Source of the DNA: Acidobacteriota bacterium
GTDB taxonomy: Bacteria; Acidobacteriota; Polarisedimenticolia; SMYD01
Assembly (NCBI GenBank): GCA_027295805.1
Contig: JAPUKF010000292.1
Span: 1-46,749, forward strand
Reading direction: 5' to 3'
Length of the DNA stretch: 46,749 nt
The notes under the pieces were generated by a model. That model worked only from the letters and a program-made list of their open reading frames with translations. It was not told the DNA's origin and did not search any database. The translations under genes were made by a program, and so were the position numbers. Numbering within the stretch: position 1 is the first letter of the stretch; each line of letters begins with the position of its first letter. Shown here one piece after another: positions 36,930-45,975 of the stretch.

Positions 36930-37469
36930 CTACTCTTCGATCAACCCCAGGCGACCGTCCGGCCGACGGTAGATGACGCTGAGTTGCTCGGATTCCGAAT
37001 TCCGGAAGACAAGGAAATCCTGCTGAGATTCTTCCACATCGTCCGCCGCGGTCTCGGCGGACATGGAGCGAAGCGGCCTCTTCTCCCGCAGTATCCGGGG
37101 CAAGGACCGTTTTCCCCCGTGGCCATTCCCCCGAGAGGCTGTGGCTTCGGCCGTGGTGCGGATCTGGCGCGTCTCCCGGCGGCGGCGATCGTTGCGCCGG
37201 CGTTTATCCCTGCGCAATTGTTTTTCCAGTTTGTCCAGGACCAGGCCGATCGCCGCGTAGAGGTCATCGGTGATGGCAGTGCCCGTGAAGAGGCGGCGAG
37301 CGGAGTTGATCATCATCTCGGCCTGGTGGCGATGCTTCTCCACCGAGAGGACCATGTGAACTTCGCTGTCGGCATCCAGGTAGCGTTGCAGGCGGGATAA
37401 TTTTTCTTCGGCGAACTGACGCAGGGCCGGTGTCAGCCGCGTCTGGCGGCATGTGAATCGGATTGTCAT
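36930..37469 (-). CDS. hpf: Ribosome hibernation promoting factor, long form
   Basis: MTIRFTCRQTRLTPALRQFAEEKLSRLQRYL..., a basic linker, and the C-terminal dimerisation domain FLVFRNSESEQLSVIYRRPDGRLGLIE. GGAGG 5 nt before the ATG. Canonical position after rpoN. Confidence 0.9.
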   Translation of the reverse strand: MTIRFTCRQTRLTPALRQFAEEKLSRLQRYLDADSEVHMVLSVEKHRHQAEMMINSARRLFTGTAITDDLYAAIGLVLDKLEKQLRRDKRRRNDRRRRETRQIRTTAEATASRGNGHGGKRSLPRILREKRPLRSMSAETAADDVEESQQDFLVFRNSESEQLSVIYRRPDGRLGLIEE

Positions 37470-37492
37470 GAGGCCTCCACAGATGCGTTCAC

Positions 37493-38962
37493 TCAACAAC
37501 CAAAGACCGAGCGGCGGCGCAGGGTCGAAGCGGGGATCCTGAGCTCCTCGCGGTACTTGGCCACCGTGCGTCGGGCTATGGGGATTTGCTCCTGCTGCAT
37601 GAGAATCTTGGCGATGGCTGAATCGGAGAGAGGGTGCCGGCTGTCTTCTCCGTCCACAATATGGCGAATGGACTCCTTGACGGTCAGGGAGGAAATATCT
37701 TCACCGCTCATGTTGGTGAGACCGGAATGGAAGAAAAACCTCATCTCGAAGATGCCGTTGGGTGTGTGCATATACTTATTGTTGACAACACGACTGACCG
37801 TGGATTCATGGACACCCACATCCTCCGCCACGTCCCGCAGGACGAGAGGGCGAATGGCGTTGATGCCATGATCCAGGAAAGGGCGCTGCTGGCGGACGAT
37901 GCTGCAGGCCACCTTGTAGATTGTGCGCTGGCGCTCTTCAATGCTCTTGATGAGCCGCACGGCTGCATTGAGTTTCTGGCGCACGAATTCGCGGTCATCC
38001 TTGGAGGCGCCGGCACCGCCCTTGAGGATGGTGCGGCAGTAGCGGCTCACCCGCAAGCGCGGAAACCCGTCGTCGTTGAGAATGACCTGGTACTCATCTC
38101 CCAGCTTGACCACCATGACGTCAGGGGTCACCGTCTGGGTGGTGCTGGGAGAAAATCGATCGCCTGGGTGGGGATCCAGGCGCCGCAGGATTTCCATCTG
38201 TTCACGCAACTGGGCAGGTGACAGGTCCAGACGATGGGCCAGATCTTCATATCGGCGCGCCTGCAGCAGGTCAAGGTGCTCCCTGACCATGGCGGCGGCG
38301 GGCGTATCCTCAAGATCCAGCCGGCGGAGCTGGATCAGGAGGCATTCACGGAGGTCCCGGGCGCCCACGCCTGTAGGATCGAACGCCTGGACAACTCCGA
38401 GCACGCGCTGGATATCCGCGGGATCATGATCCGTCATGGCCACAAGCTCATCCATGCTGGCCTGCAGATAGCCGTGGGGATCCAGATTGCCGATGATGGT
38501 TCTGCCTATTTCATCATCCACTGCCCCGGTGGTGGCCAGGGTCAACTGTTCCAGAAGGTGAGCACTCAGGTCAGGAGGGCGAGTCAGGTTGGTCTCCCAC
38601 GACCGATCCTCTCCCCGGACCTCGTAGCTGCCTCGGGGCGTGGTGGCCCCGCCGTCGTAGTAGTTCTGGAGCATGTACTCCAGATCGATTTCAGAGAGGG
38701 AATCGCGTTCGCCGTTATCGCTCTCGCTGGGGCTGGGTTGTTCCGCGGCTCCATCGGCCGGCGGGGTCGGCGGCTGTTCCTCCGCCTCGTTGCCATCCTG
38801 CTCCAGAGATTCTTCCAGAGCAGGGTTCTCCTGGAGTTCCGTGGCGATCTCTTCGCGCAACTCAAGGGTGGACATCTGCAGCAACTTGATGGCCTGCTGC
38901 AGGGCAGGCGTCATGACCAGCCGCTGAGAGAGCTTCAGTGAGAGTTTTTGTTCTAGTGCCAC
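37493..38962 (-). CDS. rpoN: RNA polymerase sigma-54 factor
   Basis: (M)ALEQKLSLKLSQRLVMTPALQQAIKLLQMSTLEL (region I) and the RpoN box ARRTVAKYREELRIPAS. GTG start at 38962. Confidence 0.95.
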   Translation of the reverse strand: MALEQKLSLKLSQRLVMTPALQQAIKLLQMSTLELREEIATELQENPALEESLEQDGNEAEEQPPTPPADGAAEQPSPSESDNGERDSLSEIDLEYMLQNYYDGGATTPRGSYEVRGEDRSWETNLTRPPDLSAHLLEQLTLATTGAVDDEIGRTIIGNLDPHGYLQASMDELVAMTDHDPADIQRVLGVVQAFDPTGVGARDLRECLLIQLRRLDLEDTPAAAMVREHLDLLQARRYEDLAHRLDLSPAQLREQMEILRRLDPHPGDRFSPSTTQTVTPDVMVVKLGDEYQVILNDDGFPRLRVSRYCRTILKGGAGASKDDREFVRQKLNAAVRLIKSIEERQRTIYKVACSIVRQQRPFLDHGINAIRPLVLRDVAEDVGVHESTVSRVVNNKYMHTPNGIFEMRFFFHSGLTNMSGEDISSLTVKESIRHIVDGEDSRHPLSDSAIAKILMQQEQIPIARRTVAKYREELRIPASTLRRRSVFGC

Positions 38963-38989
38963 GTACTGGAACCCAGCTTCAGGAGCACT

Positions 38990-39718
38990 TCAACGAAGAG
39001 TGAAATTCTCGCCCAGATAGATTCGGCGAACATGGATGTTTGCGGTCAACTCCTGCGGGCTGCCGCTTTCAAGAATAGCGCCCTCATTAATTATATACGC
39101 GCGATCGGTGATCTGCAACGTTTCCCTGACGTTGTGATCGGTGATCAACACGCCGATGTCGCGCTCTCTCAGGTGCCCGATGATGGCCTGAATATCGGAC
39201 CGGCTCTTGGGGTCGATGCCGGCGAACGGCTCATCCAGAAGGATGAACGATGGGTCCACCGTCAGGGCCCGGGCAATTTCCAGGCGGCGGCGCTCACCGC
39301 CGGAGAGAGTGTCGGCCCGGCTCGTGGCCAGGTGGGCGATCTGGAACTCATCCAGGAGAGTCTCGGTGCGCTGGGCGACATCGGCGGATCCCAGCCCCCG
39401 CATCTGCAGGACGGCCCTCAGGTTGTCGGCGACGCTCATCTTGCGAAAGACCGAGGACTCCTGGGGCAGATAGCCAATGCCCAGACGGGCACGTCGGTAC
39501 ATGGGAAGATCGCTGATGTCATTTCCGTCCAGAAGGACTTGGCCGCGATCAGGCCTCACCAACCCCAGCACCATATGAAAAAGGGTGGTCTTGCCGGCGC
39601 CGTTGGGCCCCAGAAGTCCCACGACCTCGCCGCGATCCATGTGCAGAGAGATGCCGTTGACCACCTGTCGCCTGCGGTAGGTCTTCATGAGGCCTGCCGT
39701 GGAAAGCTTCCCCTTCAC
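38990..39718 (-). CDS. lptB: LPS export ABC transporter ATP-binding protein LptB
   Basis: GLLGPNGAGKTT, LSGGERRRLEIARAL, ILLDEPFAGIDP, ITDHNVRETL. GTG start overlaps the upstream stop (GTGA). Confidence 0.93.
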   Translation of the reverse strand: MKGKLSTAGLMKTYRRRQVVNGISLHMDRGEVVGLLGPNGAGKTTLFHMVLGLVRPDRGQVLLDGNDISDLPMYRRARLGIGYLPQESSVFRKMSVADNLRAVLQMRGLGSADVAQRTETLLDEFQIAHLATSRADTLSGGERRRLEIARALTVDPSFILLDEPFAGIDPKSRSDIQAIIGHLRERDIGVLITDHNVRETLQITDRAYIINEGAILESGSPQELTANIHVRRIYLGENFTLR

Positions 39719-41679
39719 CGGAGGGTCCCGACGCTCGCACGACGTGAGCGTACGATGATCCTTCCACCCGGAAGGCTCTCCACCTGTGCCTGGCCGCTCT
39801 CCGGATCTACACTGAGACGAGCACCGCGCAGAATGCTGCCGGAGGCGAGGGAAGTCACCGTTGCCAGACCGTCATCCGATTCGAGATGGTAGAGATCGCC
39901 ATGGCCGGCATAGGTGAGTCTGTCCGCCGTTCCGGACCACTCCTGGTCCTGCAGGTGAACATCGCCGGTGGCGGTGAATGCGGTGCCTTTCTCGTCGCTG
40001 CTCAGCATGTCCAGGGTCGCAGCCTGTAGCAGCATGCCCTCCCGGGTGAGAAGAACATGGCCGGAAAAAAGGGCCTTGTTGTGCTCCCGTTCCCAGATCA
40101 GATCCTGAGATTTCACCCGCGTTCTGGTGGTGGTGGTGAGGTGGCCGTTTGCCGATCCTCTGGACCCCATTGAGGTCGTGACACCACCGCCGGCACGCAG
40201 CACGCTGGTCGGCTGGTCCATCTCGACCCAGGCAGCTTGCAGGGTGTCATTCCCCTGCCAGGCGCGAACGCTTCCTTCCAGGCGAAGAACACCGCTGCTG
40301 GCTGAGAACTCCGCCACATCCGCCGTGGCGGTCAGGCGTTTGCCCTGAGATGTTGCCATACCGGTCAGATGGACACTCCCGCTGGCGCGCCCGCCACCGT
40401 CTCCGTCATATTGAATCTCCGCCGCTGCCAGAGAACGTCGTGCCTCGAGAATACGAGCCGGAGCCTGCTCATCTCCGGAAAGCAGAATTGTGCCATCTGG
40501 CCGGGCAAGCAGGATGCTCCCTGTGGCGGTGCGGCCGGGCCCGCGGGCTTGAACAGTTCCTGAGAAGCGCGCCCAGTCCCCCTCGGTGCTTCCTGATTCA
40601 AGATCCAGACGCTCCGCAGTGACCGTCTCCAGGGAGCCCGAGGCGAGACTGGCCCGCACCAGGTCGGTGGCGGACGAAAAAGCATGCAACGCATGAAAAG
40701 GACGCTCACTGACAGCCGGTTCCAGGCGGATGCGTGGTGCTGCCAGGCTCTTCAGCACCATTCCGGATGAAAGTGCCGTGGGGCGCAGGAGAGCGTCGCC
40801 GGTGGCCTCCACGGCGCGGAGCTGGCGCCTGTCATCGAATTCGAATTTCCAGGCGGCCGCGTCCAGGCTGAAGGCCTCCCTATCGCCACCCCCATGGAGG
40901 GTCAGTTTTCCCGGTTCGCTGGTATCGGCTAGGATTCCATTCTGAGAATCCTGAAAAATGAGATGGCGGCCGTTGAAGCTGCCCCATTCGCCGGACAGGG
41001 ATACTTTTCCAAGGAGATCGCTGCGCCCTCGGGAACCGTCATATTTCATCTGGTCGGCCTTCACCAGCATCTTCCGTCCGTCGGTGCCTGTTTCGCCTGA
41101 GATACGAACTTCGTGGTGAAGGGTAACCTCTTCCGTGGCCAGATGGGCCGTCATGCCCACCGCTGTTCCGGATGTGCCTTCCAGATGGAAGCGGACCGGA
41201 TCCTCCGTATGCACGCTGCGTGTTTCCAGGTTGTACAGCAGGCTCTCCGTCGCCAGTTCTTCGCCGGAGGCCATGTGGATCAGCACATTCCCCTGCAGGA
41301 CGACTTCCTGGCGCGTCGTATCAAATTTGCCGGCATCACTCTGGACTCGAGCGATGCGATCGGGGTGAGCCTCCGGTTCGGGGTGGAACTCGATGATGAT
41401 ATTGCTGAGGACGCGGCTGCCGCCTTCCATGCCCAGCATGCGGCCGGCACGCAGGCGGGTCACGATATGCCCTCCCCGCTCTTCGGTGAAACTGAACGTG
41501 CTGGCGGCCGATTCCACCGTCCCCTCCACTTCCATTTTTGCCGGCGCGGCAGGGACCGGATGGGCTACGGGAGTGGCATGCTCTTTGGGTGATGATCGCC
41601 AGATCATGCCCACGATGACCATGGCGAAGATGGCCAGGAAAGCCAGAATCAGGGTGCGGGTTGTGCGGATGTTTCTCAA
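39715..41679 (-). CDS. Membrane-anchored LptC/LptA (OstA)-like multi-repeat protein
   Basis: N-terminal anchor TLILAFLAIFAMVIVGMIW. LptC-like segment: EVVLQGNVLIHMASGEELATESLLYNLETRSVHTEDPV. LptA-like C-terminal segment: ALFSGHVLLTREGMLLQAATLDML...ATGDVHLQDQEWSGTADRLTY. Sits immediately upstream of, and overlapping, lptB. TTG start. Confidence 0.7.
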   Translation of the reverse strand: MRNIRTTRTLILAFLAIFAMVIVGMIWRSSPKEHATPVAHPVPAAPAKMEVEGTVESAASTFSFTEERGGHIVTRLRAGRMLGMEGGSRVLSNIIIEFHPEPEAHPDRIARVQSDAGKFDTTRQEVVLQGNVLIHMASGEELATESLLYNLETRSVHTEDPVRFHLEGTSGTAVGMTAHLATEEVTLHHEVRISGETGTDGRKMLVKADQMKYDGSRGRSDLLGKVSLSGEWGSFNGRHLIFQDSQNGILADTSEPGKLTLHGGGDREAFSLDAAAWKFEFDDRRQLRAVEATGDALLRPTALSSGMVLKSLAAPRIRLEPAVSERPFHALHAFSSATDLVRASLASGSLETVTAERLDLESGSTEGDWARFSGTVQARGPGRTATGSILLARPDGTILLSGDEQAPARILEARRSLAAAEIQYDGDGGGRASGSVHLTGMATSQGKRLTATADVAEFSASSGVLRLEGSVRAWQGNDTLQAAWVEMDQPTSVLRAGGGVTTSMGSRGSANGHLTTTTRTRVKSQDLIWEREHNKALFSGHVLLTREGMLLQAATLDMLSSDEKGTAFTATGDVHLQDQEWSGTADRLTYAGHGDLYHLESDDGLATVTSLASGSILRGARLSVDPESGQAQVESLPGGRIIVRSRRASVGTLR

Positions 41680-41708
41680 GCCTGTCTTCCCATGGTTGCG
41701 TCCGCCTG

Positions 41709-42491
41709 TCAGCGTCCGGTGAAATCCGGCTTGCGCTTTTCCAGGAATGCCGTCATGCCTTCTCTCATATCATCAGTTGCCGAGACCATGCCGAAGAGAC
41801 TTGCCTCGTAGGCCTGGCCGGCGGCCAGAGACATCTCCAAACCGTGGCGAACGGCCCGCAGGGCAAAGGCGACGGCCAGGGGGCCCTGGGCCAGGATTTT
41901 TCCGGCCATCTCCCGGGCTCCCGCCAGCGCCTCCCCTTCCGGAACGACACGGTTCACCAGGCCCATGCGGGCGGCTTCGTCGGCTTTGACCTTGCGGGCG
42001 GTGAGAATCATCTCCAGGGCGTGACCGCGGCCCACCAGGCGAGCCAGACGCTGTGTGCCGCCATAGCCGGGAATGATGCCCAGGCCGAGCTCAGGCAGTC
42101 CCATGACCGCATTGGCCGCCGCCACCCGCAGGTGGCAGGCCAGAGCCAGCTCAAGGCCGCCACCCAGGGCGAAGCCGTTGATGGCTGCGATGACGGGCTT
42201 GTCCATATTCTCCAGAGCCGAGAAGGCCGCCTGTCCCCGATCCGAGGTCGCCTGTCCCTCCACCAGTGTCTGGCGTGCCAGTTCACTGATATCAGCACCG
42301 GCGACGAACGCCTTGTCGCCGGCGCCGGTGATGATCAAGGCACCCACCGAGTCATCCGCAGCAGCCTGGCCGGCTGTCTGGAGAATCTCCTTGACCGTCC
42401 GGGAGTCCAGAGCATTCAGCTTGCCAGGCCGGTTTACGGTCATGACGGCCAGGCGATCTTTCACCTCGTACAGAATGTTATCGGTGCTCAT
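41709..42491 (-). CDS. Enoyl-CoA hydratase/isomerase (crotonase family)
   Basis: LAVMTVNRPGKLNAL, LIITGAGDKAFVAGADISEL, AAINGFALGGGLELALAC. Confidence 0.9.
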   Translation of the reverse strand: MSTDNILYEVKDRLAVMTVNRPGKLNALDSRTVKEILQTAGQAAADDSVGALIITGAGDKAFVAGADISELARQTLVEGQATSDRGQAAFSALENMDKPVIAAINGFALGGGLELALACHLRVAAANAVMGLPELGLGIIPGYGGTQRLARLVGRGHALEMILTARKVKADEAARMGLVNRVVPEGEALAGAREMAGKILAQGPLAVAFALRAVRHGLEMSLAAGQAYEASLFGMVSATDDMREGMTAFLEKRKPDFTGR

Positions 42492-42583
42492 GGGGTGCCC
42501 CCTGCCGGCCACGCCTTCTCGGACGGCTCCTGGTGTTGCGGAAAAAAAGATTGCTGCGCGGTGCCATGTGTTCTCCGACGGCG

Positions 42584-43774
42584 TCAGCCGATGCTTTCCA
42601 CCAGCATGGCAATCCCCTGACCACCGCCGATACAGGCCGATGCAATGCCATATCGCTGCTTGCGGCGGCGCAATTCCATGAGCAGGGTCAGGATCAGGCG
42701 GGTTCCCGTGGCGCCCAGGGGATGGCCGAGGGCGATGGCGCCGCCGTTGACGTTGACCTTGTCCCGATCCAGGCCAAGGGACTTTTCCACGGCCAGGTAC
42801 TGGGCAGCGAACGCCTCATTGATTTCGAAGAGATCGATCTGGTCCAGTCTCATACCTGCCCGGGTCAAAACGGCCTGGATGGCCGGAACGGGACCGATGC
42901 CCATGATGCGAGGTTCAACACCCACAACCGCATGGGTGAGCACGCGGCCCAGGGGAGTGTCCTTCTGACGGGCTGCGCGCCGGCCGCTGCATACCACCAG
43001 GGCGGCGGCGCCGTCGACGATTCCGGAGGCATTACCGGCGGTGACAAATCCGTCCTTCTGGAAGGCCGGTTTGAGCCGGCTGAGCATCTCCACGGTGGTA
43101 CCCGGGCGCATGTGATCATCCTCGGCGACCACAAGAGGACCCCGCCGGTGGGGCACTTCGTAGGGGACAATCTCTTCGGCGGCACTTCCCGATTGATGGA
43201 AGGCCTGAGCCCTCTCCTGGGAGAGCGCGGCAAACGTGTCCATGTCCCGGCGGCTGATGTCCATCTCCCGAGCCAGGTTCTCGGCGGTGGCGGCCATGGA
43301 GAAACCACAGAAGTTGTCGGTGAGGCCAGCCAGCAGGGCGTCCTCCATGTGGCCTGTGCCCAGGTTCGCCCAGCCCGTGCGTGCCCCGCGCAGGACATAA
43401 GGTGCCTGTGACATGTTTTCCATGCCTCCGGCCAGCACGACCTCCGCTTCTTCCAGGCGCAGAAGATGGTCTGCACTGATGACCGCCTGAATCCCTGAGC
43501 CACAGATCCGGTTCACCGTGAGAGCGGGACGATCCACCGGCACTCCGGCCTTCAAACCCACGTGCCGGGCCCCATAGATGGCATTGGATGATGTTTGCAT
43601 GGCGTTGCCCATCACCGTATGGTCCACCTCGTCGCCGGATATTCCGGCCCTCTGCAGGGCATGGCGGGCAGCATGAGCGCCCAGCTCAATCTCGGTCACG
43701 CCGGCGAAACTACCGTTGTACTCGGCCATGGCGGTTCTGGCACCGCTGAGAATGACTGTGTCCTTGTCGTTCAT
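42584..43774 (-). CDS. Acetyl-CoA C-acetyltransferase (thiolase II)
   Basis: VNRICGSGIQAV (active-site Cys), NVNGGAIALGHPLGATG, GIASACIGGGQGIAMLVE. Confidence 0.93.
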   Translation of the reverse strand: MNDKDTVILSGARTAMAEYNGSFAGVTEIELGAHAARHALQRAGISGDEVDHTVMGNAMQTSSNAIYGARHVGLKAGVPVDRPALTVNRICGSGIQAVISADHLLRLEEAEVVLAGGMENMSQAPYVLRGARTGWANLGTGHMEDALLAGLTDNFCGFSMAATAENLAREMDISRRDMDTFAALSQERAQAFHQSGSAAEEIVPYEVPHRRGPLVVAEDDHMRPGTTVEMLSRLKPAFQKDGFVTAGNASGIVDGAAALVVCSGRRAARQKDTPLGRVLTHAVVGVEPRIMGIGPVPAIQAVLTRAGMRLDQIDLFEINEAFAAQYLAVEKSLGLDRDKVNVNGGAIALGHPLGATGTRLILTLLMELRRRKQRYGIASACIGGGQGIAMLVESIG

Positions 43775-43798
43775 GAAATCTCCGGAGAAGAGGTTTTC

Positions 43799-44542
43799 CT
43801 ACCAGCGATCAGCGGCGCGCAGAAAACTACGCCGGTAGTCGTGACCCTCCATGGGCACCACGCGACACATCTCATCCAGCCGCGAGCGCAACGGGGTGCC
43901 GATGCGCACAGCCAGTGTTTCGGGTGCTGCGTCCAGGGTGACCGTGGCGGCTCCATCGCCATCGCGGAAGTGGGTGGTGAAAAGGGTGATCCGTTCCTGA
44001 TTGTAGCGATGGCTGATGATGTGGCCCAGGGTATCCCTGACCCAATCGGTCATTTTGGCGGCACCCAGATCATCCAGAACCAGAAGTTCCACCTGCAGGA
44101 TCGGACGGACGATCTGGGAGGCAGACAATGGATGGCTGGGTCGGTAGGTGTCCTGAATGTTCTTCAGGAGTTCGCGAAAATCAACGAACTGTCCGTCCAC
44201 GCCCTTCTGCTGGATGAGGCTGCCCAGGATCCCCGCCGCCAGGTGAGTCTTGCCCACCCCACACGGGCCACTGAAGAGCAGGCCCGTCGGTATGGCTGGC
44301 GGGTAGGACGCCACGAAATCAACGGCGCGCTGCCGTGCTTCCATCTGGGTCGCGTGATGGACCTCGTAATTGTCCAGCTGGCAATGGCCGTAGCGGGGCG
44401 GTATGCGGGCCGCGGCAAGTTGACGGTCCACGTGCCCCTGGCGCCGGCAGCTGCAGGTGGTGGCGCGGTGGTACCCGTTGACCTGGCGGACGGTGAAACC
44501 CGAGCCACCGCAGATCTCGCATCTTCGGGTCTGATGGGGCAT
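43799..44542 (-). CDS. DnaC/IstB-like AAA+ ATPase with an N-terminal Cys-rich (zinc-ribbon-like) segment
   Basis: CEICGGSGF...TTCSCR, Walker A LLFSGPCGVGKTHLA, Walker B LLVLDDLGAAKMTDW, then LFTTHF. No transposase neighbour. Confidence 0.8.
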   Translation of the reverse strand: MPHQTRRCEICGGSGFTVRQVNGYHRATTCSCRRQGHVDRQLAAARIPPRYGHCQLDNYEVHHATQMEARQRAVDFVASYPPAIPTGLLFSGPCGVGKTHLAAGILGSLIQQKGVDGQFVDFRELLKNIQDTYRPSHPLSASQIVRPILQVELLVLDDLGAAKMTDWVRDTLGHIISHRYNQERITLFTTHFRDGDGAATVTLDAAPETLAVRIGTPLRSRLDEMCRVVPMEGHDYRRSFLRAADRW

Positions 44543-44621
44543 GGGCGATCCGGCTGGTGAGGTCGTATGCAAGACCTGGGCCAGTCTATCAAACGATCCG
44601 GCCTCTCACAAGACGGCCCGG

Positions 44622-45482
44622 TCAGTTCAGGTAGCTGCGCAGGTGATTGGAACGTTGCGAACGGCTCAGCTTTTGCAGGGCCTGGACCTCGATCTGGCGG
44701 ATGCGTTCCCGGGAGAGGCCGAGCATTTCCCCGATCTCCTTCAAGGTTTTGGGCTCCTGGTCGCCCAGGCCGAAGCGCAGCTTGACGATGATTTCTTCCT
44801 TGTCGTCCAGTTCCGTCAGGGCTCCATAGAGCAGGTTCTTCATGGAGGACTTGATGAGATCTTCATCGGCCGGCGGGATCTGGTCCTGTTCCAGCTTGTC
44901 GGCCAGGTGAAAATCATGCTCCTGATCGATGATCGTGGTCAGGGAGATATTCTCCTCGGAGACCTGCAGCAGCACAGTGACATCTTCGACACTGACATCC
45001 ACGCAGCGGGCAATCTCCTCCAGATCCGGTGTCCGCTTGAGTTCCAACGCCAGCTGCGATTTGGCTTTCTTGATGCGGTAAAGCAGGTTGGCCTGTTTCT
45101 GAGGCAGGCGGAAGGCGCCGCTATGATCCGAGAGAGCGTGGATGATTGACTGGCGCACCCACCAGACCGCATAGGTGATGAACTTCACTTTCTTGGCCGG
45201 GTCAAAGCGCTTGGCCGCTTCAATGAGGCCGATGTTGCCCTCGTTGATCAAATCCAGAAAGGACAAACCGCAGCCGCGGTAGCGCTTGGCGAAGGAGACC
45301 ACGAACCGGAGGTTGGCTTCCACCAGGCGGCGCAGCGCCTTGCGGTCACCGCGGGCGATCTTCCTGCCCAGTTCCTTCTCTTCGTCCGCGGTGATGCGCT
45401 CGAGTTGAGAAATCTCATGGAGATACTGCTTCAGCGTCTCCGATGAACGTTCTCTACCGCTCTTGCTGGATGATTCGCTCAT
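44622..45482 (-). CDS. RNA polymerase sigma factor, RpoD-like (group-2-like, lacks region 1.1)
   Basis: LVEANLRFVVSFAKRYRGCGLSFLDLINEGNIGLIEAAKRFDP, FITYAVWWVRQSI, region 4 LKEIGEMLGLSRERIRQIEVQALQKL. Confidence 0.9.
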   Translation of the reverse strand: MSESSSKSGRERSSETLKQYLHEISQLERITADEEKELGRKIARGDRKALRRLVEANLRFVVSFAKRYRGCGLSFLDLINEGNIGLIEAAKRFDPAKKVKFITYAVWWVRQSIIHALSDHSGAFRLPQKQANLLYRIKKAKSQLALELKRTPDLEEIARCVDVSVEDVTVLLQVSEENISLTTIIDQEHDFHLADKLEQDQIPPADEDLIKSSMKNLLYGALTELDDKEEIIVKLRFGLGDQEPKTLKEIGEMLGLSRERIRQIEVQALQKLSRSQRSNHLRSYLN

Positions 45483-45533
45483 ATGTTTGATGGACCGGTA
45501 AGTGTCCTGGATCCACGGGCACTGCGGAGGCGC

Positions 45534-45561
45534 AGTATACAGCAGGGGGCGACCTTGTCCA
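45534..45561 (-). promoter_or_regulatory. Sigma-70-type promoter for the sigma-factor gene
   Basis: Minus strand: TGGACA (45561-45556), 16-nt spacer, TATACT (45539-45534). Lies about 50 nt upstream of ATG 45482. Confidence 0.4.
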
Positions 45562-45576
45562 CCGCCGGAGGAGGGC

Positions 45577-45975
45577 TCAGCGGTTCCGGGCGATCCGCTT
45601 GAGGCTGCGGATCAGGCTGCCGTGGGTGAGAGGGGCCAGGGCCTCGTCTCCGGCTGGGACCCGGCCGGCAAGGCTCTCCTTAAGCGCTGAAGCCAGTTCC
45701 CGGGCCTCGTGACGCGAGTTCTCGAGCCGTTCCCGCATATGCAGGATGACCTCAACACCCGCCAGATTCACACCCAGGTCTTTGGTGAGGTGGAGAATGA
45801 GTTCCAGGCGCTCCAGGTCGCCATGGCCGTAGAGACGGGTATTCCCCGGAGATCGGGATGGGGTCAGGAGGCCTTCCCGTTCCCAGGTCCGCAGGGTCTG
45901 GGGGTGAATCCGATAGCGGCTGGCCACAATGCTGATGCGGACGCCGGCGGTCCTGTCGCGCTGACGGGTGCTCAT
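45577..45975 (-). CDS. hspR: MerR-family heat-shock regulator (HspR-like)
   Basis: ISIVASRYRIHPQTLRTWEREGLLTPSRSPGNTRLYGHGDLERLELILHLTKDLGVNLAGVEVIL. The ATG overlaps the stop of the dnaJ-like gene (ATGA, 45972-45975). Confidence 0.85.
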   Translation of the reverse strand: MSTRQRDRTAGVRISIVASRYRIHPQTLRTWEREGLLTPSRSPGNTRLYGHGDLERLELILHLTKDLGVNLAGVEVILHMRERLENSRHEARELASALKESLAGRVPAGDEALAPLTHGSLIRSLKRIARNR

